Below, piece by piece: positions 39,037 through 48,907 of a stretch of DNA of 64,000 bases. Position numbers and translations under genes: made by a program. The notes under the pieces are model-generated. The model worked only from the letters and a program-made list of their open reading frames with translations, ran no database searches and was not told the origin of the DNA. Origin of the DNA: a virus; the IMG/VR virus record IMGVR_UViG_3300012665_000925, positions 63,624 to 127,623 of that record, one strand, 5' to 3'. Each line of letters starts with the position of its first letter. The first letter of the stretch is position 1.

Positions 39037-39136
39037 CGGTTCCATCCAGGAAGACCGCGGCCTGGTCTTCAGACGTCTGACTTGACATCGACGGCATGCA
39101 CTGCTACAGTTGAACTATCAACCGAGAGGAACCGCA

Positions 39137-39337
39137 ATGCCTAAGTACTTCATAAGATTCGATGTCATCGAAGAGTGGAAGGGCACCTTTGATGCCGCCA
39201 ATCTAGAAGAAGCCAAGGACCTGGCCCGCCAGTGGGCTGAGGACAAGATTGGGACCGATGAACTTCCAAACTTCGACGACCGTAACCACGGAATTTCAAC
39301 CGAGGTCTACGAAGACAGTCTCGAAGAACTTCCGTAA
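39137..39337 (+). CDS. hypothetical protein
   Basis: SD GAGAGGA. Confidence 0.55.
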   Translation: MPKYFIRFDVIEEWKGTFDAANLEEAKDLARQWAEDKIGTDELPNFDDRNHGISTEVYEDSLEELP

Positions 39338-39403
39338 CGGCCTGCCGCAAGACGGCGAGCGCTTCCCCGAATCATCATCTTTGGACCGTAGTATGCTGAC
39401 GGT

Positions 39404-39703
39404 ATGAGACATATCGAAGTACACGTACTTGAAACCGAGACCGATGCATTCAGTGCAGTGGCCAGCGGCCTGCTTGATGACCCTGCACTAGTGACGGCCT
39501 GCGTTGACTGTGGGGACGACATAGGTGCACTCGAAGTGTTCGAACCGTACTGCGTTGTGCTCGATGACGAAGACCGCTGGTACATCTGCACGTATTGCGC
39601 TGAGCCTGTAACCGAGCCCGAGTCAACGGAGTCCTACGACTACCTCCCACTGGGAGATGACGAAGACGACGAAGATGACCGCTTCGTTGTACTAGACGAC
39701 TAA
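39404..39703 (+). CDS. acidic zinc-finger hypothetical protein
   Basis: CVDC, CTYC; leaderless after TATGCT. Confidence 0.55.
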   Translation: MRHIEVHVLETETDAFSAVASGLLDDPALVTACVDCGDDIGALEVFEPYCVVLDDEDRWYICTYCAEPVTEPESTESYDYLPLGDDEDDEDDRFVVLDD

Positions 39704-40031
39704 TACGAAGTGCCAGCTGAAGCTCATCAGCTCAGCCGCTTCTCAACTTCACATTAGTGATGTCCATCTGAGAGTTAGCACTCAACGGGTCCGACTGCTA
39801 ACGACTTCCGAATAACCCTCAGGGAAAAAACGAATACAAACGCCCCCTCCAACATTTGACTAACGAGCGTATGGGTGTATAGTTAGAGGTATAACTTCAC
39901 ACTTCCGATTAGTAATCTCAAAAGATTTTCAAGAAACTTGCGAAATGAACTTGACACAACTAATCACTAGTGCTAAGTTAGACCTTGTTGGAAACCTCCA
40001 ACGAGCAAACTATCCAAAAGGACGAAAACAA

Positions 40032-40511
40032 ATGGCAACAGGTAGCATTGTAGGAAATGGTCTTTACTTAGAGTTCATTCCAACTAACGACCCGACCAGC
40101 ACTAAGGTAATGCAGGTGCTGTTCACCCCAGAGGGCTTTGACGAAAAGGGTGTTTACACCGAGTTCGCAATGCACTCACGCACAGTCGCAGACTACTCAC
40201 CTCGCAAGCAATGGAGAGTAAGCAAGTGTGGCACTAGCAATAAGTCAGTTCTGACTTCGGGTGTTCCAATCACAGGAACAGACGCACAGGAAATGGCACT
40301 CAAGATGATTGAGCGATTTACTAAGGCAGTTGAGAAAGCAGTTTACAACTCTGCTGGTGAGGCTGTCTGGGAACTACGCTCAAAGCCAATCGCAGTAGAA
40401 ATCACCACCTTTGACCTCGTTGAGGTAAACGAGTGGAAAACCCCAGCCCCAGCATTGAGGCGTATTCAGAAGTGCCGAGTTGCTCTTGACTTTCCAGAGA
40501 AACTTGTGTAA
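40032..40511 (+). CDS. hypothetical protein
   Basis: SD AAAGGACGAAAAC. Confidence 0.6.
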   Translation: MATGSIVGNGLYLEFIPTNDPTSTKVMQVLFTPEGFDEKGVYTEFAMHSRTVADYSPRKQWRVSKCGTSNKSVLTSGVPITGTDAQEMALKMIERFTKAVEKAVYNSAGEAVWELRSKPIAVEITTFDLVEVNEWKTPAPALRRIQKCRVALDFPEKLV

Positions 40512-40553
40512 GGTCAATCAGGTAATAACCAAACAAACTAAGGACGAAACAAA

Positions 40554-41576
40554 ATGACAACAATCACATCAGCACCAACTACCCCAGAGGTAGACAGCAT
40601 TTACCCAGACCTTGCTAAACTGGTCTATGGTGTAGCAGTTCAGTCGCTAGACGCAGGTAGCGTTCCAGCAGGATTGTCAAGCCTACTTCCAATCGCAGGT
40701 CGGGCTAATCTCCGAGCAAAGGGTGGAGAGAAATCAGCACCTACTACAAAAGTAAAGGCAGAGCCAATGGTGGAAATCCTAGAGGGTCTTGAGAAATACA
40801 CTCGCCCGAATGGTCAGGACTACTACGCTCGCAAGTGGGGCGAACACACCGACATTGAGGTTCTACGCAAAGCCCGAGCAGAAAAGCACTTCATTCTGCT
40901 CTACGGAAATCCTGGGTGTGGTAAGACTGCTCTCGTTGAGGGTGCTTTCGGGGACGACCTTTACACGCTAATCGGAACTGGCGACACGGAAACTGGGGAC
41001 TTCCTCGGTGGCTATGTCCAAACTCCGAGTGGTGGATTTGAGTGGGTGGACGGAGTTCTAACCCGAGCAGTTGAGGAGGGCAAAGTTTTGCTCATTGACG
41101 AAGTTGGTCTGATTGACCCAAAGGTTATGTCTTTGGTCTACGGACTTATGGACGGACGAGATGAACTTGTCATTACTGCCAACCCCGAGCGTGGGACTGT
41201 GAAAGCCAAAGAGGGCTTTTATGTAATCTGTGCCACGAACCCTAATGCCCCAGGAGTTCGCCTTTCAGAGGCGTTGCTATCTCGCTGTGTCATTCAGGCA
41301 GAAATGACTACTGACTGGGGACTGGCTAAGAAGTTGGGTGTCCCTGCGACAGCCACCACGCTTGCCCAGAACTTGAGCAAGAAACAGCAAGCAGGGGAAA
41401 CCACTTGGTCGCCACAGTTCCGAGAACTCCTAGCGTTCCGTGATTTGGCTAAGACCTTTGGAACTCGCTGGGCTGTTTCCAACCTGATTGGCTCTGCCCC
41501 AGAAATGGACAGACCAGTCGTGGTAGATGTTGCGACCCGAGTATTCGGTGAGGAATGTCGCCCAGCAAAGATTTAG
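40554..41576 (+). CDS. MoxR/CbbQ-type AAA+ ATPase
   Basis: GNPGCGKT, WVDG.L..A, LLIDE, ATNP, LSEALLSR. Confidence 0.9.
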   Translation: MTTITSAPTTPEVDSIYPDLAKLVYGVAVQSLDAGSVPAGLSSLLPIAGRANLRAKGGEKSAPTTKVKAEPMVEILEGLEKYTRPNGQDYYARKWGEHTDIEVLRKARAEKHFILLYGNPGCGKTALVEGAFGDDLYTLIGTGDTETGDFLGGYVQTPSGGFEWVDGVLTRAVEEGKVLLIDEVGLIDPKVMSLVYGLMDGRDELVITANPERGTVKAKEGFYVICATNPNAPGVRLSEALLSRCVIQAEMTTDWGLAKKLGVPATATTLAQNLSKKQQAGETTWSPQFRELLAFRDLAKTFGTRWAVSNLIGSAPEMDRPVVVDVATRVFGEECRPAKI

Positions 41577-41709
41577 TGGTATTCGTCCACCACTAAACAG
41601 AGTGGGGGCTGTCAAAAGATTTTCACGAAATGAACTTGACAGCCTCTACCAACTCTGCTACTGTCATTAGTAGGACGAAACAAACCAGTCGGGAAAGGAC
41701 TGAAACAAA

Positions 41710-43509
41710 ATGGGACACACATCAAGATTGGCAACTCGCAAGAGTTCCACACCTGCCGAATGGCTAAAGGTATGCTCACAGATTGGCGAACAGGCTAACA
41801 CTTGGGCAGACAGAAACGACCTCGCTGTCTATGGTGGTGAGGACGCAGGTATGGGTCAAGCCCTCGCTTGCTTTATTCACGACACAGCAGAGATTGAGAT
41901 TTCTCTACCTATCGCTTTCGGCAAAGCCACCACTCCAGAAATGGTTGGCGACCTACGCCTACGCAGAAACCAATACGAGTTTCCAGAGGCAGTTGGCGTA
42001 ATCCTCCACGAGGCGTTTCACGCTCGCTACTCAATCTGGAACTACGACCACCTTGAGAGCCTTGACCCAAAGATTGGCGAGGCGTTTATGTTGCTTGAGG
42101 AAAGTCGCATTGAGAGCAAGGCTGTCTACCACTACCCAGAGAACGCTCTGTTCCTACGAGCCTCCTCAATGGGTCTGTCATTCGCTAACGCTGACGAGAG
42201 CCTAGCCTCTATGACTGCGACTGCCCAGTTCGCTAACCTCGCAGGTCTAACCCTTGCCCGAGTTTCTGCTGGGGTCTTGGACGACTTTGATGTTGCCCCT
42301 ATTCGTGAGAGCCTAGAGATTGGTCTTACCAAGCCAGTCCTAGACCAGTTGGAGGAAATCTGGACAGAGTTCCAGACCCTAGCCAATCACCAGATTATTC
42401 GTGGCGTAGAACTCGCTACCAAGTGGGTTGAGGTTATCAAGGAACAGGCTAAGGCGAATGGTGAGCCAGACGAGCCAGAGCAGGGTGAGGGTGGCTCTGG
42501 TATGCCACAGGCACTCAAAGACCTACTAGGCGAACTAATGGACGCTATGGCAGAGGCTATGGAGGAAACCTCACAGGCAACCTCACAGGCTTTGGACGAG
42601 CAACAGGCAGACGAGGAACTAAAGCAGGAAATCGCCGAGCGTAAGTCCGAGAGCAGTCGCCGAGCAGAGCGAGAGAAACAGGCTGAAAAGACTTTCAGTT
42701 CCGTTTCCTCGGGTGCTGGCGAAAGTGGCAGTTCCTCACGCCTGATAGAAACTCGCAAGCCCGAGGGCGTTGAGCGAGCAGGGGCAGTCTTGCTGGCACA
42801 GATGTTGGAAAAGGCAAAGTATGTAGAACGCTCAATCACGGAAATCAACTCGGTCATTCCACAGGGTCGCCTCCGTCCCCGAGCCTTAGTCCAAAAGAAA
42901 GCACTTGAGGCTAAGGGCGTTCGCTCTGACCTCCCAACTTGGAGGGCGACCAAGCGTAAGCACACGGACGACCCAACTCTCAAGATTGGCGTTATGGTGG
43001 ACATTTCAGGTTCTATGGGTTCGGCTATGAAACCTATGGCGAGTATCGCTTGGATTTTATCCGAGGCTGGTCGCCGAGTTCAGGCTAAGACTGCTATGGT
43101 CTATTTCGGCTCTGGTGTGTTCTCAACTCTCAAAGTTGGACAGCACCTTTCCGAAGTCAATGTCTACTCTGCCCCAGACGGAACTGAAAAGTTTGGCGAG
43201 GCTTACAAGGCGATTGACGGAACTCTCGGTCTGACTTACTCGGACGGAGTTCGTATGTTGGTAATCGTTTCGGACGGACACTTCACAGGCTCGGAAAGCG
43301 AGAACACGACAAAGGCTGTCGCCGAGTGCGAGCGTAATGGCGTGGCTGTCTTGTGGATTACTCCTGCCGAGTGTATGTCGGGAGGGGCAGAACACTTGCT
43401 CAAAGGCACGAACGCCGAGGCAATCACCTTGACGGACACAGGCTCAATCGCCAGAGCAATCGGCAAGTCTGCGACCAAAGCCCTAGAAAAGATTGGAGGG
43501 CGTGGATAA
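41710..43509 (+). CDS. VWA-domain protein (CobT/CbbO-like) with N-terminal HExxH
   Basis: LHEAFHARY, LEESRIE, acidic linker, MIDAS DISGSM, IVSDG. Confidence 0.88.
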   Translation: MGHTSRLATRKSSTPAEWLKVCSQIGEQANTWADRNDLAVYGGEDAGMGQALACFIHDTAEIEISLPIAFGKATTPEMVGDLRLRRNQYEFPEAVGVILHEAFHARYSIWNYDHLESLDPKIGEAFMLLEESRIESKAVYHYPENALFLRASSMGLSFANADESLASMTATAQFANLAGLTLARVSAGVLDDFDVAPIRESLEIGLTKPVLDQLEEIWTEFQTLANHQIIRGVELATKWVEVIKEQAKANGEPDEPEQGEGGSGMPQALKDLLGELMDAMAEAMEETSQATSQALDEQQADEELKQEIAERKSESSRRAEREKQAEKTFSSVSSGAGESGSSSRLIETRKPEGVERAGAVLLAQMLEKAKYVERSITEINSVIPQGRLRPRALVQKKALEAKGVRSDLPTWRATKRKHTDDPTLKIGVMVDISGSMGSAMKPMASIAWILSEAGRRVQAKTAMVYFGSGVFSTLKVGQHLSEVNVYSAPDGTEKFGEAYKAIDGTLGLTYSDGVRMLVIVSDGHFTGSESENTTKAVAECERNGVAVLWITPAECMSGGAEHLLKGTNAEAITLTDTGSIARAIGKSATKALEKIGGRG

Positions 43510-43600
43510 CGCCAGCCAGATAGAACCCGACTAGGGTTGAGCAACCGAGAGGTTTTCGTCCCCCCTTTTGCCTCTCACCTGTTCCCCTAGTCGGATAGAG

Positions 43601-43640
43601 AACCCCCGAGATTTCCTTCCCATTTCTCTCGGGGGTTTTC
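43601..43640 (+). terminator. intrinsic terminator with pyrimidine-rich loop
   Basis: AACCCCCGAGA..TCTCGGGGGTTTT. Confidence 0.75.
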
Positions 43641-43831
43641 GCTTACCCGAGTTAGGGTTGCCTATCCCATCAGGACTTTCCAATAACTAATCCGAAGTTC
43701 ACCAGAGCGTCCTTCGGGAAAACTTCCCACTAACTAATGAGAAGCTAGACGGCCGCTTCCCCGAGTATTCGTTTTTTCCTGAAACGGCGAAGGTGCTTGA
43801 CACTTCGCACTAATCGTGCTAAGTTCTCACT

Positions 43832-44218
43832 ATGAGCATTTTAGATACCGAGGTCTTTCCAAGGACGAATGAGTATGACCTAAACCTGTGGCTTGATGAT
43901 GACGGCTACTTCAGGATTAGTTCGTATGAACTCGCTTGGGAAAGCCAGCACGACACAGACGAGGAGGGCAACCCCCTCTATGTAATGACCAACGAATACA
44001 ATGGCAACGACACTCTTATCTGTGTGGACACCAATGACGCAGAGATGATGAAAGCCTTTGGGCTGTCGCTGTCAGACTGTATGGAGGACGAGTGGACGAC
44101 CTCAAGTTTCTTTGAGGACGAATACCACAACCACTTCACCAAGACTTTTATGGACGCTGTGTCAGAACAGATTGACGCTATGTGTGTTCCATACGAGGCG
44201 AGAGTATTAGGTGCTTGA
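43832..44218 (+). CDS. acidic hypothetical protein
   Basis: leaderless after TTGACA-N17-TAAGTT. Confidence 0.6.
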   Translation: MSILDTEVFPRTNEYDLNLWLDDDGYFRISSYELAWESQHDTDEEGNPLYVMTNEYNGNDTLICVDTNDAEMMKAFGLSLSDCMEDEWTTSSFFEDEYHNHFTKTFMDAVSEQIDAMCVPYEARVLGA

Positions 44219-44285
44219 CAAAATGTCGGGCATTGGTGTAAGGTAGCAGTAGCACCAAAACAAACAACTAACAAAGGGAAACCAA

Positions 44286-44594
44286 ATGGACGACAGAGAA
44301 ACAACTCTAAAACTATTCGCACTAATCGGGGCAACTGCCGAGGCTAGTGCCGAGAGTGGAATGGCAACACCAATCCTTTACACGCAGATTGACATAGCAG
44401 TCAAAATGGCTGTGGAACTGGAACTCGGTGAGGACATCATCACTCACCTCAAACTCACGCAGATTGCTTTGGGTGAGGCTGTCAATGAAACAATGGAAAT
44501 GATTGACACAATGAAAGAGCAGTTCGTAGGACTGCGTAGCGAAATCGTGGAACTGGCACAGAGCCTAAACGACAACAACGAGGAGAACGACTAA
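44286..44594 (+). CDS. hypothetical protein
   Basis: SD AAAGGGA. Confidence 0.6.
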   Translation: MDDRETTLKLFALIGATAEASAESGMATPILYTQIDIAVKMAVELELGEDIITHLKLTQIALGEAVNETMEMIDTMKEQFVGLRSEIVELAQSLNDNNEEND

Positions 44595-45658
44595 TGCCAA
44601 ACTGGGTCTATACATCTATGTCGGTATCAGGTAAGACAGGGGACTTGACTGCCTTTGCCGAGAAAGCATTACAGCAACACGAAACTCAATGGCTCACCGA
44701 GAAGTGGAAACGCAACGAGGACGGCACGAACACCCAAGTTCCCGAGGAGGAACGCAAGGTAGAGATAGAACTCTCTGGCAAAAGCGACCTCTCGTTTTGG
44801 AACTTCATTCGTCCAACTGACGAGGAAATCCCTTACTACTTTGGACACAAGACTAAGCCAGAGGACGAGGACGACCCTGACGCAACTGCCGAGGAACGAA
44901 TGGCTAAGGCTATGACTTTCTCTGGCTCGGGCTGGTATGACTGGAACATTCGTGAGTGGGGAACTAAGTGGGACGCCAATGACGCAGAGTTGGACACCGA
45001 CCTCACGGAACTAGACGGCAACATAAACAACTCCATTTCCTATCGGTTCTCTACGGCGTGGTCAATCCCTACGCCTGTCTTTGAGGCTATGGTAGAGCAA
45101 CACCCCGAGTTGGACTTTGAGTTCTCCTCCGAGGAGGAACAGGGCTGGGGTGCTGAGTTCACTTCGTCTGACGGCGAGGAGGACGGCAAGCGTTCTCTAA
45201 TCCTGACGAAAGAGTGGGACATACCGAACAGCCACGCTGACTATGTAGAACGAGATAACGAGGACGGCTGTGTTTGTTCGTGGCAAGACGACGACGAGGA
45301 CAACTGGTATGAGGACTGCCCTCGTCCTGAAAAGGACTACTTCGTAGTAGTTAGTAAGACCTACCGAGTATCGGCGAGCAATGCCGAGAACGCATACAAT
45401 CTCGCAACGGACAACGACCCTGACGAGCAAATGGAACTGATTGACGACAACACGACAATCTTCATTGCTGACGAGAACGGCAAGCGTCTATACCCGACAC
45501 TAGGGAACGGCTCGCTTATGGACGAGCCTGACCAGATTGGGTGTAGCCACCACTTCGTCCCTGTCTATGAGAGCAAGGACGGCGAGGAAACGCTGACCGA
45601 AACCTCCTGCGTGTTCTGCCACGAAGTCAAGCCAGAGGACGAGGAGGAGAGCAAATGA
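44594..45658 (+). CDS. DUF1281/YubB ferredoxin-like domain protein
   Basis: MPNW, WYDWN.REWGTKWDA, FSTAWS.P. Confidence 0.75.
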   Translation: MPNWVYTSMSVSGKTGDLTAFAEKALQQHETQWLTEKWKRNEDGTNTQVPEEERKVEIELSGKSDLSFWNFIRPTDEEIPYYFGHKTKPEDEDDPDATAEERMAKAMTFSGSGWYDWNIREWGTKWDANDAELDTDLTELDGNINNSISYRFSTAWSIPTPVFEAMVEQHPELDFEFSSEEEQGWGAEFTSSDGEEDGKRSLILTKEWDIPNSHADYVERDNEDGCVCSWQDDDEDNWYEDCPRPEKDYFVVVSKTYRVSASNAENAYNLATDNDPDEQMELIDDNTTIFIADENGKRLYPTLGNGSLMDEPDQIGCSHHFVPVYESKDGEETLTETSCVFCHEVKPEDEEESK

Positions 45659-45855
45659 GCAACCGAGTAATCAGAGTTGGTGTGATGTTTGAGTTCTACC
45701 CTGACGGAGAGCACGAAGACCTGTTTGAGGGAATGACCCAGAAACAGATTATCTCCAACGCAAAGTCAATGACCTCTGACGACATTGACCGACTAGTCAA
45801 ATACAACGAAGTCTGGGACGCACTCCAAGTGGAAGTCGCCCTGACCGAGGAATAA
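45655..45855 (+). CDS. hypothetical protein
   Basis: ATGA coupling. Confidence 0.55.
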   Translation: MSNRVIRVGVMFEFYPDGEHEDLFEGMTQKQIISNAKSMTSDDIDRLVKYNEVWDALQVEVALTEE

Positions 45856-46071
45856 CAGACCACCCCCCAGTAGAGGGAAACACCTGAGCAAGTGTTCTAA
45901 ACTGCTCACCAAACTTTTCTAGAGGCGTGTATTCGTTTTTTCCCCTCCCCAGAAACTCGCCCCAAAATGGATTTGCTTTTGACAGGGGGTTCTGGTAATG
46001 TCGTTCTTGTGAGGTTCAGATAGCCTCTCGGAAACAAAGCCCAATGATAACTCGTAGAAAGATAAAATCAA

Positions 46072-46458
46072 ATGGCGACTGTAAGCAAGACTGCTGGAAA
46101 GACAGCAACCAAGTCAGAGGTTCTGACAACTGCCGAGGTAGAGGTTCGTATCTCTCCTAAGGTTCAGAAAGCAGTAAAGGCTCTTGTCCTTGCTCACGAG
46201 CAGGAAAAGGTAGTAGACGCTGCTATCAAGGTTAGTCGTGAGGCTATCCTCGCTGAACTCGGAAACGACCAGACCAAGTTCGGTGTGGACGCACGAGGCA
46301 AGCGACTAGTAAAAGTTCAGTTGGTTATGCCAAAGGACGCAACTCGCTACGACACAGCAGAGTTGGTCAAGTTCCTTGCTAAGACCCAGCCAGAAATCTT
46401 GGCTATGTTCCGAGCAGAGGACGCTAAGGCGACCACACGAGTTCTGACCCTCAACTAG
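46072..46458 (+). CDS. hypothetical protein (possible paralog of 53767-54126)
   Basis: cassette ORF; similar layout MAT.SKT..ILAELG.D.. Confidence 0.6.
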   Translation: MATVSKTAGKTATKSEVLTTAEVEVRISPKVQKAVKALVLAHEQEKVVDAAIKVSREAILAELGNDQTKFGVDARGKRLVKVQLVMPKDATRYDTAELVKFLAKTQPEILAMFRAEDAKATTRVLTLN

Positions 46459-46681
46459 GGTCAGACCCGAGGGGCGACAGATTACCCCCTTTCTCTGTCG
46501 CCTCTCCACAACGCTCTCTGGATAGACACGCTGTCTTTGACCCAGAGGGCGTTTTGTGTTTCTCGGGAGGTTGTATTCGTTTTTTCCCGAGATGCTAGAT
46601 GCTGGACAACAACACACCACTAATGGGTAGTTGCGAATGTCTGGTGTTGGTGCTAAGGTTTTGAGTGGAAAGGAAATACAA

Positions 46682-46969
46682 ATGATTTTACGAACAGCAC
46701 TAGGCGAAGTCCTACGACAGGAACGCCTCGCACAGGGCAAGACATTACGCAAGGTTTCAGGCACGGGGCTAATCGCTTTGGGCTATCTCTCGGAGATTGA
46801 GCGTGGGCAGAAAGAGGCTTCATCCGAAATCTTGGAGGGCGTTTCATTTGCTCTGGGTATTCCAGCACACGAACTCGTCTTGCGAGCAAGTCTGATTATG
46901 GCTGGGCTTTCTGTTCCAGACACGGCAGAAACGCTACTTGACGAATACGCCGACTTTATGGTAAGGTAG
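46682..46969 (+). CDS. XRE-family HTH regulator, ClgR-like
   Basis: LR..LGEVLR.ER..QGKTLR.VS....ALGYLSEIERGQKEASSEIL. Confidence 0.85.
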   Translation: MILRTALGEVLRQERLAQGKTLRKVSGTGLIALGYLSEIERGQKEASSEILEGVSFALGIPAHELVLRASLIMAGLSVPDTAETLLDEYADFMVR

Positions 46970-46973
46970 TGCT

Positions 46974-47207
46974 ATGGACGAAAACTACGAAATCAAAACA
47001 GTCATCATCTCGTATGATGACGACACGGAACCAATAGAAGTTGATGTGGTAATCGGGGACGGCAAGACTGTCTTTGATGAGAACTTTGAGTTTGACTATC
47101 GCATCTACTTTTACTTCCACGACCAAGCCGAATACGATTTGGCAAAGGGCGAGGAAATCAAACACGACGCGGGCATTGAGTTTCGCATTGTAGAGGAAGT
47201 GGAGTAA
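46974..47207 (+). CDS. acidic hypothetical protein
   Basis: in operon. Confidence 0.55.
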   Translation: MDENYEIKTVIISYDDDTEPIEVDVVIGDGKTVFDENFEFDYRIYFYFHDQAEYDLAKGEEIKHDAGIEFRIVEEVE

Positions 47208-47404
47208 TGGCAAGACAGGTTCACTTTGTAGTCGTTGTAGACCTTGACGACAAGTCTTGGTTCGTTGATGACGATACCTTTACGGCTCGCTTTGACAAAG
47301 ACGAGGGGACTTGGGATACCGATACCCTTGATTGGCGAGCAACAACTCACGAGGAAAACATTGAGGCTTTGGAAATCCTGAAACCGATTACCTCGCAAGA
47401 GTAA
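47207..47404 (+). CDS. hypothetical protein
   Basis: TAATG coupling. Confidence 0.55.
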   Translation: MARQVHFVVVVDLDDKSWFVDDDTFTARFDKDEGTWDTDTLDWRATTHEENIEALEILKPITSQE

Positions 47405-47830
47405 AACTAAATAGACTTGCCTAGCACGGAAAAACCCGAGGTTCGCCGAGGCGTTGGTGTGGGTATTCGGATACTAGTAAAGACGGATACTTGCTGACCA
47501 TCTTGCCCTTTATGCTAGGGAAACCGACCGAGAAGTCGCTAAAGTAGAGTTGCTTGAGAAAGAACGCATTGTGCTTATTCAGATAGCAACCAAAGTCAAA
47601 GTAGAACCAACGGCAATCCTGCCCCTGTAAGTATGTTGATGTGGACTTGTCCACGAGACGAAATAAACAGCCGTAGCGACCGAGGTTCTACTTTTTCTTT
47701 ACCCTCTGGGTTGTATTCGTTTTTTCAGGCACGCCTTCATCAACTTCGCATTAGTGCTTGCTTTTGTCGCAGGGTTGTAGTAAGGTTGGTCTTGTAGTCG
47801 GAAGTGCCGATTACGGGAAGGGATAGTCCA

Positions 47831-48313
47831 ATGGGACTAGATATGTATTTAGAGGCTCGGAAAGCAGTTTCGGGTTATTCACACAGACCAATAGACGACC
47901 AGAACGAATACGAGGAAGTGCTTGCCCTTATGGGTTTGAGCAAGTCTGACTTTTCGCCAGAGGCAAGTCCATTCGGTAGCCTTAGCGTGGGTGTTGGGTA
48001 TTGGCGTAAGGCTAACCAGATACACGCTTGGTTCATAAACAACCACGCACCAGAGGGCGTGGACGATTGCCGACCTTTCTACTTTGGTGGCAAGAGTGAA
48101 CTCAAAGTCCTACGCGATTTGTGTCAGGAAGTTTTGGACGACCACGACAAGGCAGAGGAACTACTTCCACCTAGCGAGGGCTTTTTCTTTGGGTCATACG
48201 CTTATGACGAATACTACTTCGCTGACTTGGAGAACACAGTTGAGCAGTTGGATAAGATACTCACTAATCCAAAGTTTGACGACTTTGAGTTTGTTTACCA
48301 CGCGAGTTGGTAA
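47831..48313 (+). CDS. conserved phage hypothetical protein
   Basis: MGLDMYL..YWRKANQIH.WF..LP..EGFFFG..YDEYY..Y.ASW. Confidence 0.7.
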   Translation: MGLDMYLEARKAVSGYSHRPIDDQNEYEEVLALMGLSKSDFSPEASPFGSLSVGVGYWRKANQIHAWFINNHAPEGVDDCRPFYFGGKSELKVLRDLCQEVLDDHDKAEELLPPSEGFFFGSYAYDEYYFADLENTVEQLDKILTNPKFDDFEFVYHASW

Positions 48314-48481
48314 ACTCCTAAACTGGAAAACCCCTAACGCACATTAGGGGTTTTTCTTTTGGCTCGCACCTGTATTCGTTTTTTCCCGCGCTCGCGGTGG
48401 CACGGCTTGACTTCACAACTACTTAGTGATAAGGTTGAGGTATCAACAGGACGAAACATAAGTAATCCGAAAGGGAACACA

Positions 48482-48907
48482 ATGACAGAAACCATAACTA
48501 TCGCAGGTCTAGTAGCGACTACACCGCGACACCTCATCACGGGGGACGGCTTGCCGATTACCTCATTCCGTATTGCCAGTAGCCACCGCAAGTTTGACCG
48601 CGACACTATGTCTTGGAAAGACGGCGAGACAAACTGGTATACCATCACCTCGTTCAAGCAGTTAGCAATCAACACGGCTGGCTCGGTGAACAAGGGCGAC
48701 CGCATTATCATAACGGGCAAGTTGCGTGTGCGTGATTGGGACAACGGCGAACGGGCAGGGACTTCTGTGGAAGTTGAAGCCGAGAGTATCGGCTTTGACC
48801 TCAACTGGGGAACGGGCGTGTTTACCCGAACCGTTATGGTTCGCGACCACGACACCCACGCAGAGGACACTTCACTCGCACCGATTGAGATTGACACTTC
48901 GGTCTAA
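48482..48907 (+). CDS. ssb: single-stranded DNA-binding protein (actinobacterial type)
   Basis: ITIAG.VATTP, SFRIASS.RKFD..W.DGETNW, LA.N..SV.KGD, GKLRVRDW. Confidence 0.9.
   Translation: MTETITIAGLVATTPRHLITGDGLPITSFRIASSHRKFDRDTMSWKDGETNWYTITSFKQLAINTAGSVNKGDRIIITGKLRVRDWDNGERAGTSVEVEAESIGFDLNWGTGVFTRTVMVRDHDTHAEDTSLAPIEIDTSV

Noticed and set aside
42387-43004. Minus-strand ORFs across the early region (e.g. 42387, 48334, 50064, 59308)
   Set aside because: They overlap well-supported plus-strand genes, promoters and terminators; shadow frames
47630-47672. Hammerhead ribozyme (TTGATG..GAAA)
   Set aside because: Core CUGANGA and a properly paired cleavage triplet are not present; kept only as part of a structured RNA candidate
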